Source: Paecilomyces variotii
Lineage: Eukaryota
Length of the DNA: 64,000 bases
Assembly: GCA_004022145.1 (NCBI GenBank)
Contig: RCNU01000003.1
Reading direction: 5' to 3' (one strand)
Shown piece after piece: positions 1 through 11,999 of the stretch. Every line of letters starts with the position of its first letter. The stretch's first letter is position 1. The translations under genes and the position numbers were made by a program. A model generated the notes under the pieces. It made no database searches and was not told where the DNA came from. It was given only the letters and a program-made list of their open reading frames with translations.

Positions 1-3000
1 TGAGAGGATTAAACAGGCCAGTGTATTTTTTTTCTGCTGCGTGCAATACCAGTGACGGAATATCCACATCTTCATCGGGCTCCTCTTTCAGCACAAGCTC
101 CACAATACTGCGATGGCCTGAATCGACTGCTCGACGTAGGATTTCCTGCACAGGTTCGGTCAAACTATCAATGCGTTGCCCGCATCTAAGAAAGATTTTG
201 GCTAGCTCAGCGTTGCCGCCCCGGATGGCAAACAGAAGCGGCGCTGTGCTTTCTTTTCTGCGATTTACCCCGTGAAAAGGAGATTTCGGGGGTAGAACCC
301 TGTGAAGGAAGTCCAGAACCTGATCATCGCTGTAGCTTTTGATCCGTGAATCCCATATCTGGCGAGCTGCCTCACATAAACGTAAACGAGACTCAGAGTA
401 TTCCTTGCGTAGAGAGGAAATTCTGGGAGAAAGCAGAACTTTCCATGCCTCAGGATGTTGAACATCACTCTCCAAGTCATAGGAAGGGTTGGGATCAGCC
501 CCGTTCTGAATGAAAAGTCTGACTACTTGGCTATAATCTAGAGCTCCCGATTCAAGTGGACGAATGTAGGGACCACTTGCAGCATGTACCAATGGCGTCT
601 CCATAAGAAGGTTTCTTGCGTCAAGCTCAGCATGATTTTGTATCAGAATCTCACAGATTTCCAATTTTCCATTTCTGGCTGCATAAAAGAGCGCTGTTTC
701 GCCAAGTACATTACGGTGGTGGACGTCAGCGCCATTTTCCAATAATATCTTCATTGTATCTGTCTTGCCACTTCGAGCAGAGTGAAAAATTGCAGTATTT
801 CCTCTATCATCTTGGTCGTTGACATCCAGGCCCACGTCAATCAAGCACCCGACAATCGACGTATGCCCGTAATCTGCGGCCAAAAATAGAGCAGTCTGCT
901 GGTGATTATTTCGGATTAGCGGGTCTGCCCCTTTGCTAAGGAGGCATCTCAAGATTGCCTCGTCACCTGCTGTGGCCGAGGTAAAAAGTGGTGTTTCCTC
1001 TTGCGAGTTCCGCACGTTTGGACTCGCGCCATGCTCTAATAAGGTTTCAACCATATCTGCATTGCTTGCCCTCACAGCGTAGAACAGAGCTGTTTCGAGT
1101 CTTTGATTCTGCAGGTTCAGATTTGCTCCATGTTCAAGTAACTGGGCTGCAATATCCCCGTGGCCATGCTCGATTGCAGTCATCAGACAAGTTTCCCGGT
1201 AAAATTGAAGATCGACATCACACCCAGCATTGAGAAAGCTCTTGACTATGGTGCCATGTCCGCGTCTCACAGCGTAATGAAGTGGAGTATATCCTGACCT
1301 ATCGACGAAATCAACAAAAAACCCTCTTTTCAGAAAATAATCTACCAGCTCTTGATCACCATCCCGTATCGCTTGTGTTAGAAGTGTGTCTCCTGTCCCA
1401 GTTGGAAAATCAAGATCGGCACCTTTGTCTAGCAGAAGCCACATAGCCTGTCTGTTGTTGGAGCGCCGAGACAGCATGAGAGGGGTATTGCGCTCGATCA
1501 GGGGCCCGCACATTTGGGCTTCGCAAATGTAGTCAATTGGAACACCCTTATCAAGCAAGATTTTCATGATATCAACTCTGCCAGTCCGAGCAGCTTCACT
1601 TAGAGGGTCATAGCCACGTTTGTCTTTGGTGTCCGGACATGCGCCATATCGTAGCAGAACTTCAATGACCTCTTTGTGACCACCACAAGCTGCTAATATC
1701 AACGGTGTTTGGCCACAATTGTTCCGGACATCAGGGTGCACACGATTTGACCGAAGTAGAAGTTTTATCGCTTGAAGATGGCCGTTCTGTGCCGCGTATG
1801 CCAATGGCGTCATATCATTGGAATCCCGAGCATCCACATCTTCGTCTGAGCTGATGTATTTTGAAATCATGATGGAAAGCCCACCGTAGGCCGCCAGGTG
1901 CACCTTTGTCAGCCGGTGTGGAAAACGATCAAGCATCACCTGCCCAGCCGCTTGCATATTTGACTTTTTGTCTAGAAATTCAAGAATAAAGTCGGTCAGT
2001 TTTTCTGCTTGCTCTAGAGAGCTAGCCAGAGCCTGAGATGCATGTAAAGCCCAATTCTGGGCAGAATAGTGATGAAGGGGATACTCTTTTTGTCGAAAAG
2101 TGTAGTCATATGTGCTTGATGATCGCCCACTTGAGAAACAACTAAACGATAAATAAGTAATACATGTCTGTGTGATTTCTGTCTCAGAATTTTGGAGATC
2201 CGGATGATCTATGAGGTACTCCTTTGTCGTGTAGTGAGCTAAGCGAATGATGCCACTTCTTTGATCAAAGACGACTAAACCTGCGCAGAGTGAGTCGATA
2301 ATATCGAGTTCAGGCAGGAATCTTCGATCCAGGTCCTTATCCCCAGGTCTAGTGGCAAGGGCATGCTGAAGCTCCTGTGCAAAGAGAACTCTTCTGCAAT
2401 ACGTTAACCATGACAGAATCTGCAAGGCCTTCTGATAGCGGCTGTAATGCTGAGACTTGATCCTCTTGATGGTCTCGTGGTAGGTTAGCTCCAGCTTGGT
2501 CTCACCATGTGGTAAATTAATCAGAGCTTCTTCAAGCTCCCCGACAGTGATATGACCCATTAAGTTATCCATGTGAAGTTTGGCGAGGAGGAACCTAAGG
2601 CAAAGTTATTAGGGACTAGTGATCATCTTGAATCATCCACACATACATTCCGTCTGCACTCTTCAACACCTCTCGGCGCACGTCATCTTGACAACTGGGG
2701 AAAAGTGAAATTTTCTTCTCAAGCAGACTAGGTATTCTGCCGTTTAAGTATATCTGGATATCGTCTTCTTGTGCCCGTATCTCTTTTTGGGGGCACCTTT
2801 CAAATCTTGACATGATTCCGGAATTGAACCGAGAAGTCGCGAGAATATTGATAGGGGCGTCCTTTTGAAGATTGAATAGCGTCGAGAGAAATTTGTGTAG
2901 CTCCTCTGAGTTCGAAGAACAATACTCATCGAGAGCATCAATCACAATGAAAATCATTTCATAACAGTTCGCTGTTCTGACGAGTTCGGATTGAACTTCG

Positions 3001-4543
3001 GTGAAAGTAGGGCGCGTTTTGCGTTGAATATGACGGGTATGCATGTCTTCTATGTTTTGTAAGAGAGCGGAGCCCTTGACTGCGAGTTGTCTTAGAAAGC
3101 TAAGGAGAAGATCAAGGATTCTTTGCTGGTGATTCGGCTGAAAGCTACAGAATATGCAGCAAGTCTGAATCTCGGGGTTTTCCTGTGATTTGCCTTTCAG
3201 GTGCTCAACCACGATAGAGGACATGATTGTTTTCCCGGCTCCTGGGATACCAGGGCAAAACAAAGTTTGCTTTGGTTGACTCATCCACTGCGTGAATTCC
3301 TCTGAGTTTAGAAGCCAAAGGCCTGTTCCCTCTTGCCTGCGGCCAAGTAGGTCGTTCTGGATATCGTCGAAATTCAAAGGCGTGAGCCATTCAAGGATTT
3401 GCCGCGTCTGCTCTGTTGATACAAATTTGCTGGCCTTTACGACTTCGTCACGAACTAGAATTCCAATGTATATTTAGAACTTTTGTAGAATACCTATCTA
3501 AGGTATGCTATCATGAGTGTTTTCACGAATCTGAACTAACCTTGGTTCAAAAGGTCCTTCGCTGCAGGCTCCCCATCAATAATCTTCGACTGCACACAAC
3601 TCAGGAACTCTTTAGCGCATGCTGCGGCGGCTGCGGCGGCATACTTTTGCCAGCCATCGTTCTTATGGGAATCCGCATAGTCTGAGATCCCACGTATCAC
3701 AATACAGGGAAAGATATTCATCAAGCCTGCTGCTTCCATCTCTAGGCAAATTGCTCCATGTTTTTCTCTGATCTTATCGCGTTTGACTGGATCTTTAACC
3801 ACCATGCTTCCAGACGCTATAGTGCCGTAATGAATTCTTGGTGCATCATCCTGGCGTTCGTCTCGGTCAACCTGCCCGGACTCTTCACATTTCTTGCAGG
3901 TCCTGCCACCAATGTGCGGATAGTTGGGTTGAAATAGTCGATCAAGCGACCGGCCAGGATAAGTGTACCCGTTGTTCCGCATATTAGGGTATTTATCCAG
4001 CATTTGTTCGATATAGTGTACTACCTTGTTGCCATTCATGTCATGCTCAGCTTGGAGTTTTGTAAGACCAGAGGCTAGAGATCTCGGCGGGCGATTCAAC
4101 ACGGAAAGACTCTCGAAAGACCCGTCAGAGAGCTGTTTCCCAAAATCATAAACAACAACCCCTCCACTTTTAGGGCTGCTGCTAATAACGATGTCGCCAA
4201 GATGAATTTCTGGATCATCATCGTCGTCATCCGGGATGCCCGCACCGATACCAACAAGCAGCCCGACACGGATCTTAGGGAAGGTGAAGAGCATTTCTTT
4301 CGCGGCAGATGCCGCAGATGCAGGGCCAATCTGGTGCAGGGGTAGACAAGCTATCACAACCTTGAACTTGCCTATCGACCCCAAGAAGTATGGATTGTCA
4401 TCGGCACTGGCTTGTAGAGTCTGTGGTTCTCCGTGCTCCTCGTCCAACATTCCCTTGGCCGCTGCAAACTCGGGCGGCAAAGCGCAGATCCATCCCACGG
4501 TATATTCATCGTTTGCGTAGGGAGACTGCTGGGTATTTGTCAT
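1..4543 (-). CDS. Fungal NLR-like protein: PNP_UDP (purine nucleoside phosphorylase-like) effector + NACHT NTPase + winged helix + ankyrin repeats; 3' end beyond the window
   Basis: Exons 4543-3541, 3454-2647, 2594-<1; introns GTTAGT..CTAG and GTATGT..TTAG. PNP motifs TVGWICAL, GLLVGIGAG, IHYGTIASG, EMEAAG, IRGISDYADSHKN. P-loop GIPGAGKT, Walker B IVIDALDE, then M|FLLAKLHMD. Exon 3 reads in one frame at every spot checked, with many ANK motifs (MTPLAYAAQNGH, QTPLILAACGGH, YTPLHYAVRRGH, QTALFLAADYGH, APLLFAIRGGN). Its absence from the ORF track fits no stop before the edge. Confidence 0.92.
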
Positions 4544-5369
4544 GGCAGGCACGTTGGCGAGGCAAATTGCAAGGCCGAGCGCCTCAAGTTGCTCATGATC
4601 TGGGTCGATCTCCTCGATTTTGATGTCGTTTATGAATAGGCGCAGTTGAAGAAAAGAATTGATCTCGCTTACTGTTTTATATCCTCGAATCGCGTAGTTG
4701 CCTATCTTGCCACAAGCCGCGTAAGTACCTTATTGGGGGCCAGGGCAAGGCAGGGCAAGGCAGAGTAAGGCTTTGGCCTGCGTCTACGTAGACCGCCAAT
4801 AATGTATCATCGTAGGTAGATCTTGAGCGTAGCTGGGCAATGTGTTACATCCTCAATGGCTAGGGAAAAACAGATCTACTCATTCGGCGCTAGTGTTCAG
4901 ATTGCCTCCCTGTCATTTTAATTTCACCCCGGGTGAAACCTGCTGGGCTGTGCTTGTTGATCGGACAAATCACATTGTGTATAATTACTAGATAAGTGGA
5001 ATTTTGAGATTGTTAGGCAACTAGCTACCAACAGGCATCTGTTTCAACTACGCAATATGACAAACGCAAGATGGCGGTAAAATTATTGTCAGCGTCAATT
5101 CAGCCTTGCGGTTGTTGCTGTTTCGCAGTTCTGAAATGGGCTATTAAGTTTTCAGGGGCCACGCCGGCGCTAATAGTATGATTTTCCATAAAAGGGTAAA
5201 ACTAACCGTAACAGGCAATTCACAGGTCCTAGGTACCTAATTTTAAGACAGAGCACCATGTACCTTCGAACCCAGTTATGTTAGAGTAATTGCCAGTGGT
5301 CCTACAAGCAAAAAGGTAAAAGAAACAATTCCATACAAAGCCATAATGTCTTTATGTGTTAATTCAGTA

Positions 5370-5640
5370 GCCAAGGGTCTATCAAACAGCTGGATTTTCC
5401 GATTGACTTCCCATTGCTCCGATTTCAAGAGTTCATAGAGAGTGCTCAGGATAGGTATTGGGATGTTATATTCCTTGGCCCTTTACAGGGGATTACCAAG
5501 TACGACTTCGAGTTCCATCGGCCTTCCGTGCTCCAAGTCCAACAGCATGCCTGGCCTATATGGACAGTTGTCCGGTAGGCGATACGCATAATAGTCGATT
5601 ATATGTTCCGGAGGCGGGTGTTCTACAGCTTTTGCAGTGG
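5370..5640 (-). pseudogene. C-terminal fragment of a ketopantoate reductase (PanE/ApbA C-terminal domain) with an in-frame stop
   Basis: Reads YRPGMLLDLEHGRPMELEVVLGNPL*RAKEYNIPIPILSTLYELLK, matching the fungal PanE C-terminal pattern. TAA at 5483-5485 interrupts it. No N-terminal GxGxxG Rossmann region upstream. Boundaries approximate. Confidence 0.75.
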
Positions 5641-5799
5641 TTGGTCCCAGATTAGAAGACAGACAGCTTTTAAAGGACGCAGAGCTGCTTGACAAGGTCC
5701 TGGACGGTTAGAACGTTTTTATTCTGTTTGAGGTCAGTAGTACTTTTTCCGTCCAAGGTAGCAAAATCCCATGATCCTTCAACTAAACTAAGTTCAGTG

Positions 5800-5940
5800 A
5801 ATTCGTTCCGGAAAGCAGCGGAAAGTAGATGGCCAGGCACGGAATGTTTAGAACCAGTTGAGAAAATTGCGGGGAAGTTGTCTCTATTGCTGGTTCGGAA
5901 AGTTTCCGCTCAGGAACAAGCGGCCGTTTCACCCGAGAAT
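5800..5940. promoter_or_regulatory. CGG-rich cluster upstream of maiA; candidate Zn2Cys6 (HmgR-type) binding sites
   Basis: CCGGAAAG 5808, GCGGAAAG 5818, ACGGAATG 5839, GCGGGGAAG 5869, palindrome CGGAAA-G-TTTCCG 5896-5908. Confidence 0.4.
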
Positions 5941-6208
5941 GTATATACAAACCGAAGGGTGTGGTGTGTAGAGAAATAGGATCATCCATCTCCTAAATAA
6001 CTAGTAAATATACGAGCATATGACTAAGTGTTTTAGTTGGAAGTACTGTTAGAATATACCATTCTTCTACAGCACAGAATTGCCCTCCATTCTTTATACC
6101 CGCTATTACTCCATACCCATCGACAGCACTTCCACGAGCACTTTATGTCCACACTAAAAACCAAAAAGAAGAATTCTCCCTACTTAACCAACAGACCAGT
6201 GAACAGCT

Positions 6209-6883
6209 ATGTCTGAAGAAACCACTTACGACCTACACACATACTTCCGCTCCTCCTGCTCCGCCCGGCTCCGCATCGCCTTAAACCTCAAGTCCATACC
6301 ATACAACTCCATTCCCGTGAACCTGCTCAAAGGCCAACAATCCTCTGAATCCCACCGGGCCCTGAACCCACTTGGTCTCGTTCCCGTCCTAGTCGTTCAT
6401 AAGGACAAGACATCTTCCTTCGCCATTCCCCAGTCCATCTCCGCACTAGAATACCTCGAAGAGACGCACCCGACGCCCTCTCTCCTCCCTCCAGCTTCAG
6501 ATCCGCAGGCGCGAGCTACAGTTCGCACTCTCGTGAACATCATCGCATGCGACGTGCAACCCGTGACGAACTTACGTATCCAGCAACGCGTTCGAGCGCT
6601 TGGTGGCGACGGAGCTGTGTGGTCAAAGGAGCTGGTCGAGGCAGGATTCAGCGCTTATGAAGCCATTGCGGCCAAGAGCGCAGGAAAGTTCAGTGTAGGT
6701 GACCGGATCACTATGGCGGATGTATGTCTCGTCCCTGCGTGCTGGGCTGCGGAGAGGGTGAATGTGGATGTTGCGAGTTATGCGACGATTAAGAGGGTGT
6801 TGGATGCAATGGAGAAAGAGGAGGCGGTGCAGAAGGCACATTGGAGAAAGCAGGGAGATACGCCGGAGGAGTTTAGGGTGTAG
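6209..6883 (+). CDS. maiA: Maleylacetoacetate isomerase (GST zeta class)
   Basis: Single exon, 224 aa. Zeta-GST signature YFRSSCSARLRIALNLK, plus LNPLGLVP, QSISALEYLEE, DVQPVTNL, MADVCLVP. Sits in the tyrosine-catabolism cluster. Confidence 0.95.
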   Translation: MSEETTYDLHTYFRSSCSARLRIALNLKSIPYNSIPVNLLKGQQSSESHRALNPLGLVPVLVVHKDKTSSFAIPQSISALEYLEETHPTPSLLPPASDPQARATVRTLVNIIACDVQPVTNLRIQQRVRALGGDGAVWSKELVEAGFSAYEAIAAKSAGKFSVGDRITMADVCLVPACWAAERVNVDVASYATIKRVLDAMEKEEAVQKAHWRKQGDTPEEFRV

Positions 6884-7399
6884 GAGGTATATGATGCGAT
6901 ACTGATTCTGAGGCTTTTATTAGTTGTATCTTGTCGAATCCTTTAGCACAGAAGCAGAATCTGAATTGCTTGCTTGAATCTAGATCTAGGGGGAATTTGA
7001 TCCCATGTTTATCTCTAGCAGACAAAGAATCTAGATCCTAGTAACCTAGTAATCTAGTAGTAATCCAGTATAATCAGGATTCAAAGAATCTGTCGCAAAC
7101 GGAGGATTGACAGATCACCTGGCGTTCGCTTTATATGCCGACATATCTTGAACGTGGTCTAAATTATATCGAGGAATCTGTTTCATCTTTACTGGCAACT
7201 GATAAAACTATATGTAGGATTTTATTTTAATTATTAAATTTGATTTTCTACGGTCTCATTACTTATGAATTTCGAATCCTTAGATAGTAAGAGGACAAAT
7301 CACAGCCTATTCATGGTGTCTACAATACACATAAACTATGACGAAGAATCATGAATCATGAATCATGTTATATCAATCGCCCTATTCTATCACCCACCC

Positions 7400-8698
7400 C
7401 TAGGCGATATTGATTGCTGGCAAAACCGTTCCAACACAGTCCCCGAACCCAACATAGCTACCCTCCTCTCCACAGATACCACGCAGAGTTACCTCATCAC
7501 CGTCTTGTAAGAAAATACGTTCTGAGCCATCGGCCAGCTTGATAGGCTGCTTGCCCCCATTGGTCTGTTCCAACAGACTGCCTTGAGTTCGAGGCTCTGT
7601 ACCAGAGATTGTGCCGCTTCCAAGCAGATCTCCCGGGTTCATGTTACAGCCCGTGATGGTGTGGTGGGCGAGCATCTGAGGAAACGAGTACAACAGGTTG
7701 GTGGCATTGGTTTTAGAAATGAGCGTGGGCTTTCCGCCGGCATTCTTTAATTCGAATTCCAGACGGATATCGTAAGCATTAGCGGCACGCTTCTCCCGCA
7801 GATACGGTAGGAGGGATTCCCTGTTTCCGGGCTCAAGGCCAGGAGCACGGAATGGCTCGAGGGCATCAAGGAGGACGACCCAGGGTGTGATAGTGGTGGC
7901 GAAATTCTTCGCATTGAAGGGTCCCAATGGAACGTACTCCCAGGCCTGGATGTCACGGGCGGACCAGTCGTTCATCAGAACTAATCCAAAGATATGGTCC
8001 TCTGCCTGATCGATTGGGACGGGCTCGCCCAGATTGTTGGGCTTGGAGACGAATGCTGCTAGCTCCAGCTCAATGTCGAGACGCTTGCATGGGGAGAAGG
8101 TAGGAACCTTGGGGTCTGCTGCTGGGTTGGCGAGAATCTGACCATTTGGTCGGCGAATAGGTGTTCCAGATGGAACGATGGAGGATGCTCGACCGTGGTA
8201 TCCGACTGGGAGATGCTTATAGTTTGGCTGCAGGGCATTGTCCGGGCCACGGAACAGAACACCCACGTTGTAAGCATGGTTCAGACCAGCGTAGAAGTCT
8301 GTGTAGTCTCCAATCTGCATGGGAACATGGTTGGTAACTTCTGATCGGAGCACCAGCGACTCCTTCTGCACAGCTGCATTCTCCTTCAGGACCTGAGGAT
8401 AGGGGGTATCCGCCTGGAAGACAGCCTGGATATATTCTCGTACAGCACGATGAATGGGACGGCCCAAGGCGGCAAAAGCGTTCAATGTAGGCTTGTTGAA
8501 GACGTCCAGATGTTGTTGGATTGACGGCAGCTGTGAGAAACCGCCTGACGCAGCGAAAGCGGACAGGTTCAGCGCATGGTCACCAATGGCCACAGCAGGC
8601 ACTGGAGAAGTTGTCGTCTTAGTCGATATGATACCAAATGGGATATTAGCCAGAGAGAAGGGAGAGTCCCTGGGAAAATTGAGCCACGAGGCTGCCAT
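7400..8698 (-). CDS. fahA: Fumarylacetoacetate hydrolase
   Basis: Uninterrupted ORF with SPFSLANIPFGI, IGDYTDFYAGLNHA, HLPVGYHGRASSI, LDIELE, MNDWSARDIQAWEYVPLGPF, GDLLGSGTISG. Start placed at ATG 8698 (MAASWL); ATG 8704 is an alternative. Confidence 0.96.
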   Translation of the reverse strand: MAASWLNFPRDSPFSLANIPFGIISTKTTTSPVPAVAIGDHALNLSAFAASGGFSQLPSIQQHLDVFNKPTLNAFAALGRPIHRAVREYIQAVFQADTPYPQVLKENAAVQKESLVLRSEVTNHVPMQIGDYTDFYAGLNHAYNVGVLFRGPDNALQPNYKHLPVGYHGRASSIVPSGTPIRRPNGQILANPAADPKVPTFSPCKRLDIELELAAFVSKPNNLGEPVPIDQAEDHIFGLVLMNDWSARDIQAWEYVPLGPFNAKNFATTITPWVVLLDALEPFRAPGLEPGNRESLLPYLREKRAANAYDIRLEFELKNAGGKPTLISKTNATNLLYSFPQMLAHHTITGCNMNPGDLLGSGTISGTEPRTQGSLLEQTNGGKQPIKLADGSERIFLQDGDEVTLRGICGEEGSYVGFGDCVGTVLPAINIA

Positions 8699-8859
8699 CC
8701 TCATCAATCTATTCACTGTGGAGGATATGTTGGGTAGATTCGATGAAGATCTCGCTGGCTATCCAAGTCCATCCAGGTTGATGATATTAAGAAAAACACC
8801 AAATATGGAGTCTCTCTTTCTAAATCGTACCGTAAGCTCCCCCTTATCCTCAAACACGC

Positions 8860-9050
8860 CATTATCCAGATCCCCGCGAGTTCTCGTTCATTTCCGCTGT
8901 CTCTCCGCGTCCCAAACGGGAAAGGCGGGGGTCCATCGCGGAAACAAACCGCCCGCGCTTATCGCCGGCTATTTCCATCCGGAGACAACCACCATCGTCA
9001 TCTTCTATCAGAGTCTCACTGTATCGCATGGAAAGAAGCGGATATTTGAA
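8860..9050. promoter_or_regulatory. Divergent fahA/hmgX promoter with a CGG/CCG cluster
   Basis: TCCCCGC 8871, TTTCCGC ~8891, ACGGGAAAGGCGGGG ~8916, GCGGAAAC ~8938, GCGGATAT ~9038, between head-to-head genes. Confidence 0.4.
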
Positions 9051-9269
9051 ACAGGTTATCCACGGATGAGACTTGGCAGCTAGGGATGGATGATACAATG
9101 ATCCGTCTTCACGGGACTTTGTTATCTTCCTGACTAGCTCTAGAACAGCTCTCTCACATTCTCAGAATACCTAAACTAACACAATCCTCATAGTTCCATT
9201 TATATACACTTAAGAATAAGATCAACTGCATCATCCAGGAAATCTCGAACAAAAGCTCCAAAGACCGCC

Positions 9270-9998
9270 ATGTCCTCCGCAACAGACGTCCATCCCACAC
9301 AACCCTGTCTATCCTCCAACGACTCTGCGGTCCTCCAAGCTCTCTTCGATGCTGAATCCGCACCATCTTCCGCAGTGAAAATCGACTCGACGCTCTCCTC
9401 CCTTCCAGGAATCTCATCACAGGAGCTCGAATCGCTAAGAAACCACGAGCGCGAACTAATCCGCCGTCTACAATCTCCCAATCCCTCCCGCGACACAGTC
9501 CAGTCTATCATTACGGAACTCGATACCCTCATTACAAAACACCCTTCATATCCATCCGCATACATGAATCGGGCCCAAGCTCTGCGTATGCTTTTTGACC
9601 TTGGCGACGAAGATGCCCTGTTTTTGCCTGAAAATGCGGATATCTCATCTCGCATCTTCTCGGATTTAGGCCAGGCTATCTCGCTCGCGACGCCGCGATC
9701 ACCTGCGGATCCGGTCTCTCCTCTACAAGCTCGGATTCTGGCTGATGCGCACACGCATCGTGGTTATATGTTATTGAAGGCAGCGAGAGTGAGACAGGGG
9801 GGGTCTGATGGTGGTCCAGACCGCCTACGTGGATTGGAGAAGGATCAACTAGAGGAGATGGCTAGTCGGGATTTCTTTCTGGGAGGTCGGTATGGGAACA
9901 GAATTGCGCAGCAGTTGGCTGTGCAGACGAATCCGTATGCAAAGATGTGTGGTGCAATTGTGAAGGAGGCCATGAGGAAGGAGATTCAAGGAGTCTGA
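9270..9998 (+). CDS. hmgX: HmgX, accessory factor of HppD (TTC36-like TPR protein)
   Basis: 242 aa single exon. SSNDSAVLQALFDAES, YPSAYMNRAQALR, AHTHRGY, ASRDFFLGGRYGN, TNPYAKMCGAIV. Located inside the tyrosine-catabolism cluster. Confidence 0.88.
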   Translation: MSSATDVHPTQPCLSSNDSAVLQALFDAESAPSSAVKIDSTLSSLPGISSQELESLRNHERELIRRLQSPNPSRDTVQSIITELDTLITKHPSYPSAYMNRAQALRMLFDLGDEDALFLPENADISSRIFSDLGQAISLATPRSPADPVSPLQARILADAHTHRGYMLLKAARVRQGGSDGGPDRLRGLEKDQLEEMASRDFFLGGRYGNRIAQQLAVQTNPYAKMCGAIVKEAMRKEIQGV

Positions 9999-10216
9999 GA
10001 AGTACGAGTCTAATAGCCTAGGGTTTCGGTTGGCATGGAGCCATGGCGTTCTTTACGTGAGTGATATTACAGGAAAGCCATTTGCGTATACAGTTAACGA
10101 TGATTCAAGATACTTGGTAGATTGATTCATCGATGAAATACATACACATAATTTCATACTTCACATCCTGGCTATATCGCTCCTGCAAGGGAACTTACAG
10201 AAAACTGGTTAGATAC

Positions 10217-11780
10217 TTAAGTGCTCTTCTTCGGATTCTTGAAATGTCTCTTGAGTGGCTGCCAGCTCTCCTCGTTATACTTCTTCTGGACCTTCTTGCA
10301 TGTCTTGAGACCCCATTCGGAAACACCAACCATCAGACAGCTATGTCCCACATCAGCCAACCATTCCACTCCAGTATGGTAACGCAGACACGGATATCAA
10401 CTCACCTCTCAAACATAAATGCCAAGCTTCCCTCTCCAATCTTCTGCGGTTTCAGCTCTGCATTACTCGCCTTCTCAAACGCATCCATATCCGGACCATG
10501 TGCGCTCATGATATTATGCAGACTGGCTCCGGCCGGCTTGAAACCACCACCAGTCTTGGCATCATAATCACCTGAAATCAAGCCCATGAACTCAGACATG
10601 ATATTACGATGGTACCACGGGGGACGAAACGTGTTCTCGGCCACGAGCCAGCGGGGCGGGAAGATGACAAAGTCAGCAATGGCGGTTCCGACATGGTCAG
10701 ATGGTCCAGTGAGGACGGTAAATATGGATGGATCAGGGTGGTCGAAGGAGATGGATCCGACGGGGTTGAAGCGGCCGAGGTCGTACTTGTAAGGGTAGTA
10801 GTTACCGTGCCAGGCGACGACGTCGAAGGGAGTGTGGTCCTGTCGGGCAGAAAAGAGGGAGTTGTTGAATTTGCTCAGGATGCGGTATTCCTTGGGTGCA
10901 TTCGGGTTCTCTTCGTCATCATCAAAGGCTGCAACAGGAGCTTGGAAGTCACGCGTGTTGGCGAGACAATTGGACCCAACAGGGCCCAGCTCAGGCAATT
11001 GGTAATGGCCTTGGTAGAGTTCACAAATGTAGCCTCTAACAGGGCCATTGGGAAGCTTGACGCGGTATCTTAGGTCTAATCAGCGTCCATCACAACCACC
11101 CCCGCGAAACAGGAAAAGGAGGTCCATCTCTTACCTCACTCCTCTTGGAATAACACAAATCTCATTCGGACGAACCAGAATCTTTCCAAGCTCAGTCTGG
11201 ATATCTAAAACACCATGCTGTGGCACAATCAGGAAATCACCATCTGCAGAGTAAAATGCCTCGTCGCCCATATCCTTTCCTGCCGCATAGCAGAGAATTC
11301 CCAGTCCGCTCTTCATCGTGGGGTCACCAGCGCCAGCAACGAGGTGAAGTCCATGCACCCAGTCAACCGTCTCGTCGATATCAAATGGATCCCATCGCAG
11401 TTGGTTTGGAATCTGATGAAGCTTGCCAGTTTCCGTAGTCATATGGGTGTGGTACGTATCCGCGTCTACGGCCTGAAAGTTCTCATGCGCCGCAGCGGGC
11501 AAGATCCGATAGACCCATGTCTGCTTGTTTTCATGGCGGGGAGCCGTGAAAGCAGTTCCGGAGAGCTTTTCTGTGTACAGCCCATATGGGGCCTTCTGGG
11601 GTGAATTCTGGCCTACTGGCAGAGCACCTTCCACAGCCTCGGATCTAATTGATCGTCAGCAATTGAAATGGACATGTAGTTAGGATGTAAGCTGTACAGA
11701 GTTCAGACATACTCATGATATGACCCGAAACCGTTATTATACTTATATGGATCGGGTGTTGAGAAATTGGTGGCCGGCAT
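10217..11780 (-). CDS. hmgA: Homogentisate 1,2-dioxygenase
   Basis: Exons 11780-11713, 11644-11135, 11068-10406, 10340-10217, all GT-AG. Motifs [82 protein letters not shown]. Confidence 0.96.
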
Positions 11781-11999
11781 GTTGTCTGTTTCCTGTTTTA
11801 GACTGTTTGGGATTGTATAGTTCAGCGCTTGTTGACAGCTGCTCGCTTCTCAAAACATATATCCTTATAACGAAGGGCGTTGACCAAAGCTCTCCCTTCT
11901 GGTATACCAACTACCCTAGCAAAGAAGTCGAAGAAGACCCTTATCTCTAAATCAAGCCGTCTCCATCACTCCCTCTACCACTCCCAACGACCTCACCCC

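Noticed and set aside
6950-7100. CTAG-rich patch between maiA and fahA
   Set aside because: Might be a tiny RIP relic, but no termini or second copy could be defined.
8454-11604. Antisense/overlapping ORFs of 130-210 aa over fahA, hmgX and hmgA (similar ones over hppD, the CHY gene and the DUF3295 gene)
   Set aside because: Shadow frames of real coding sequence, with no motifs.
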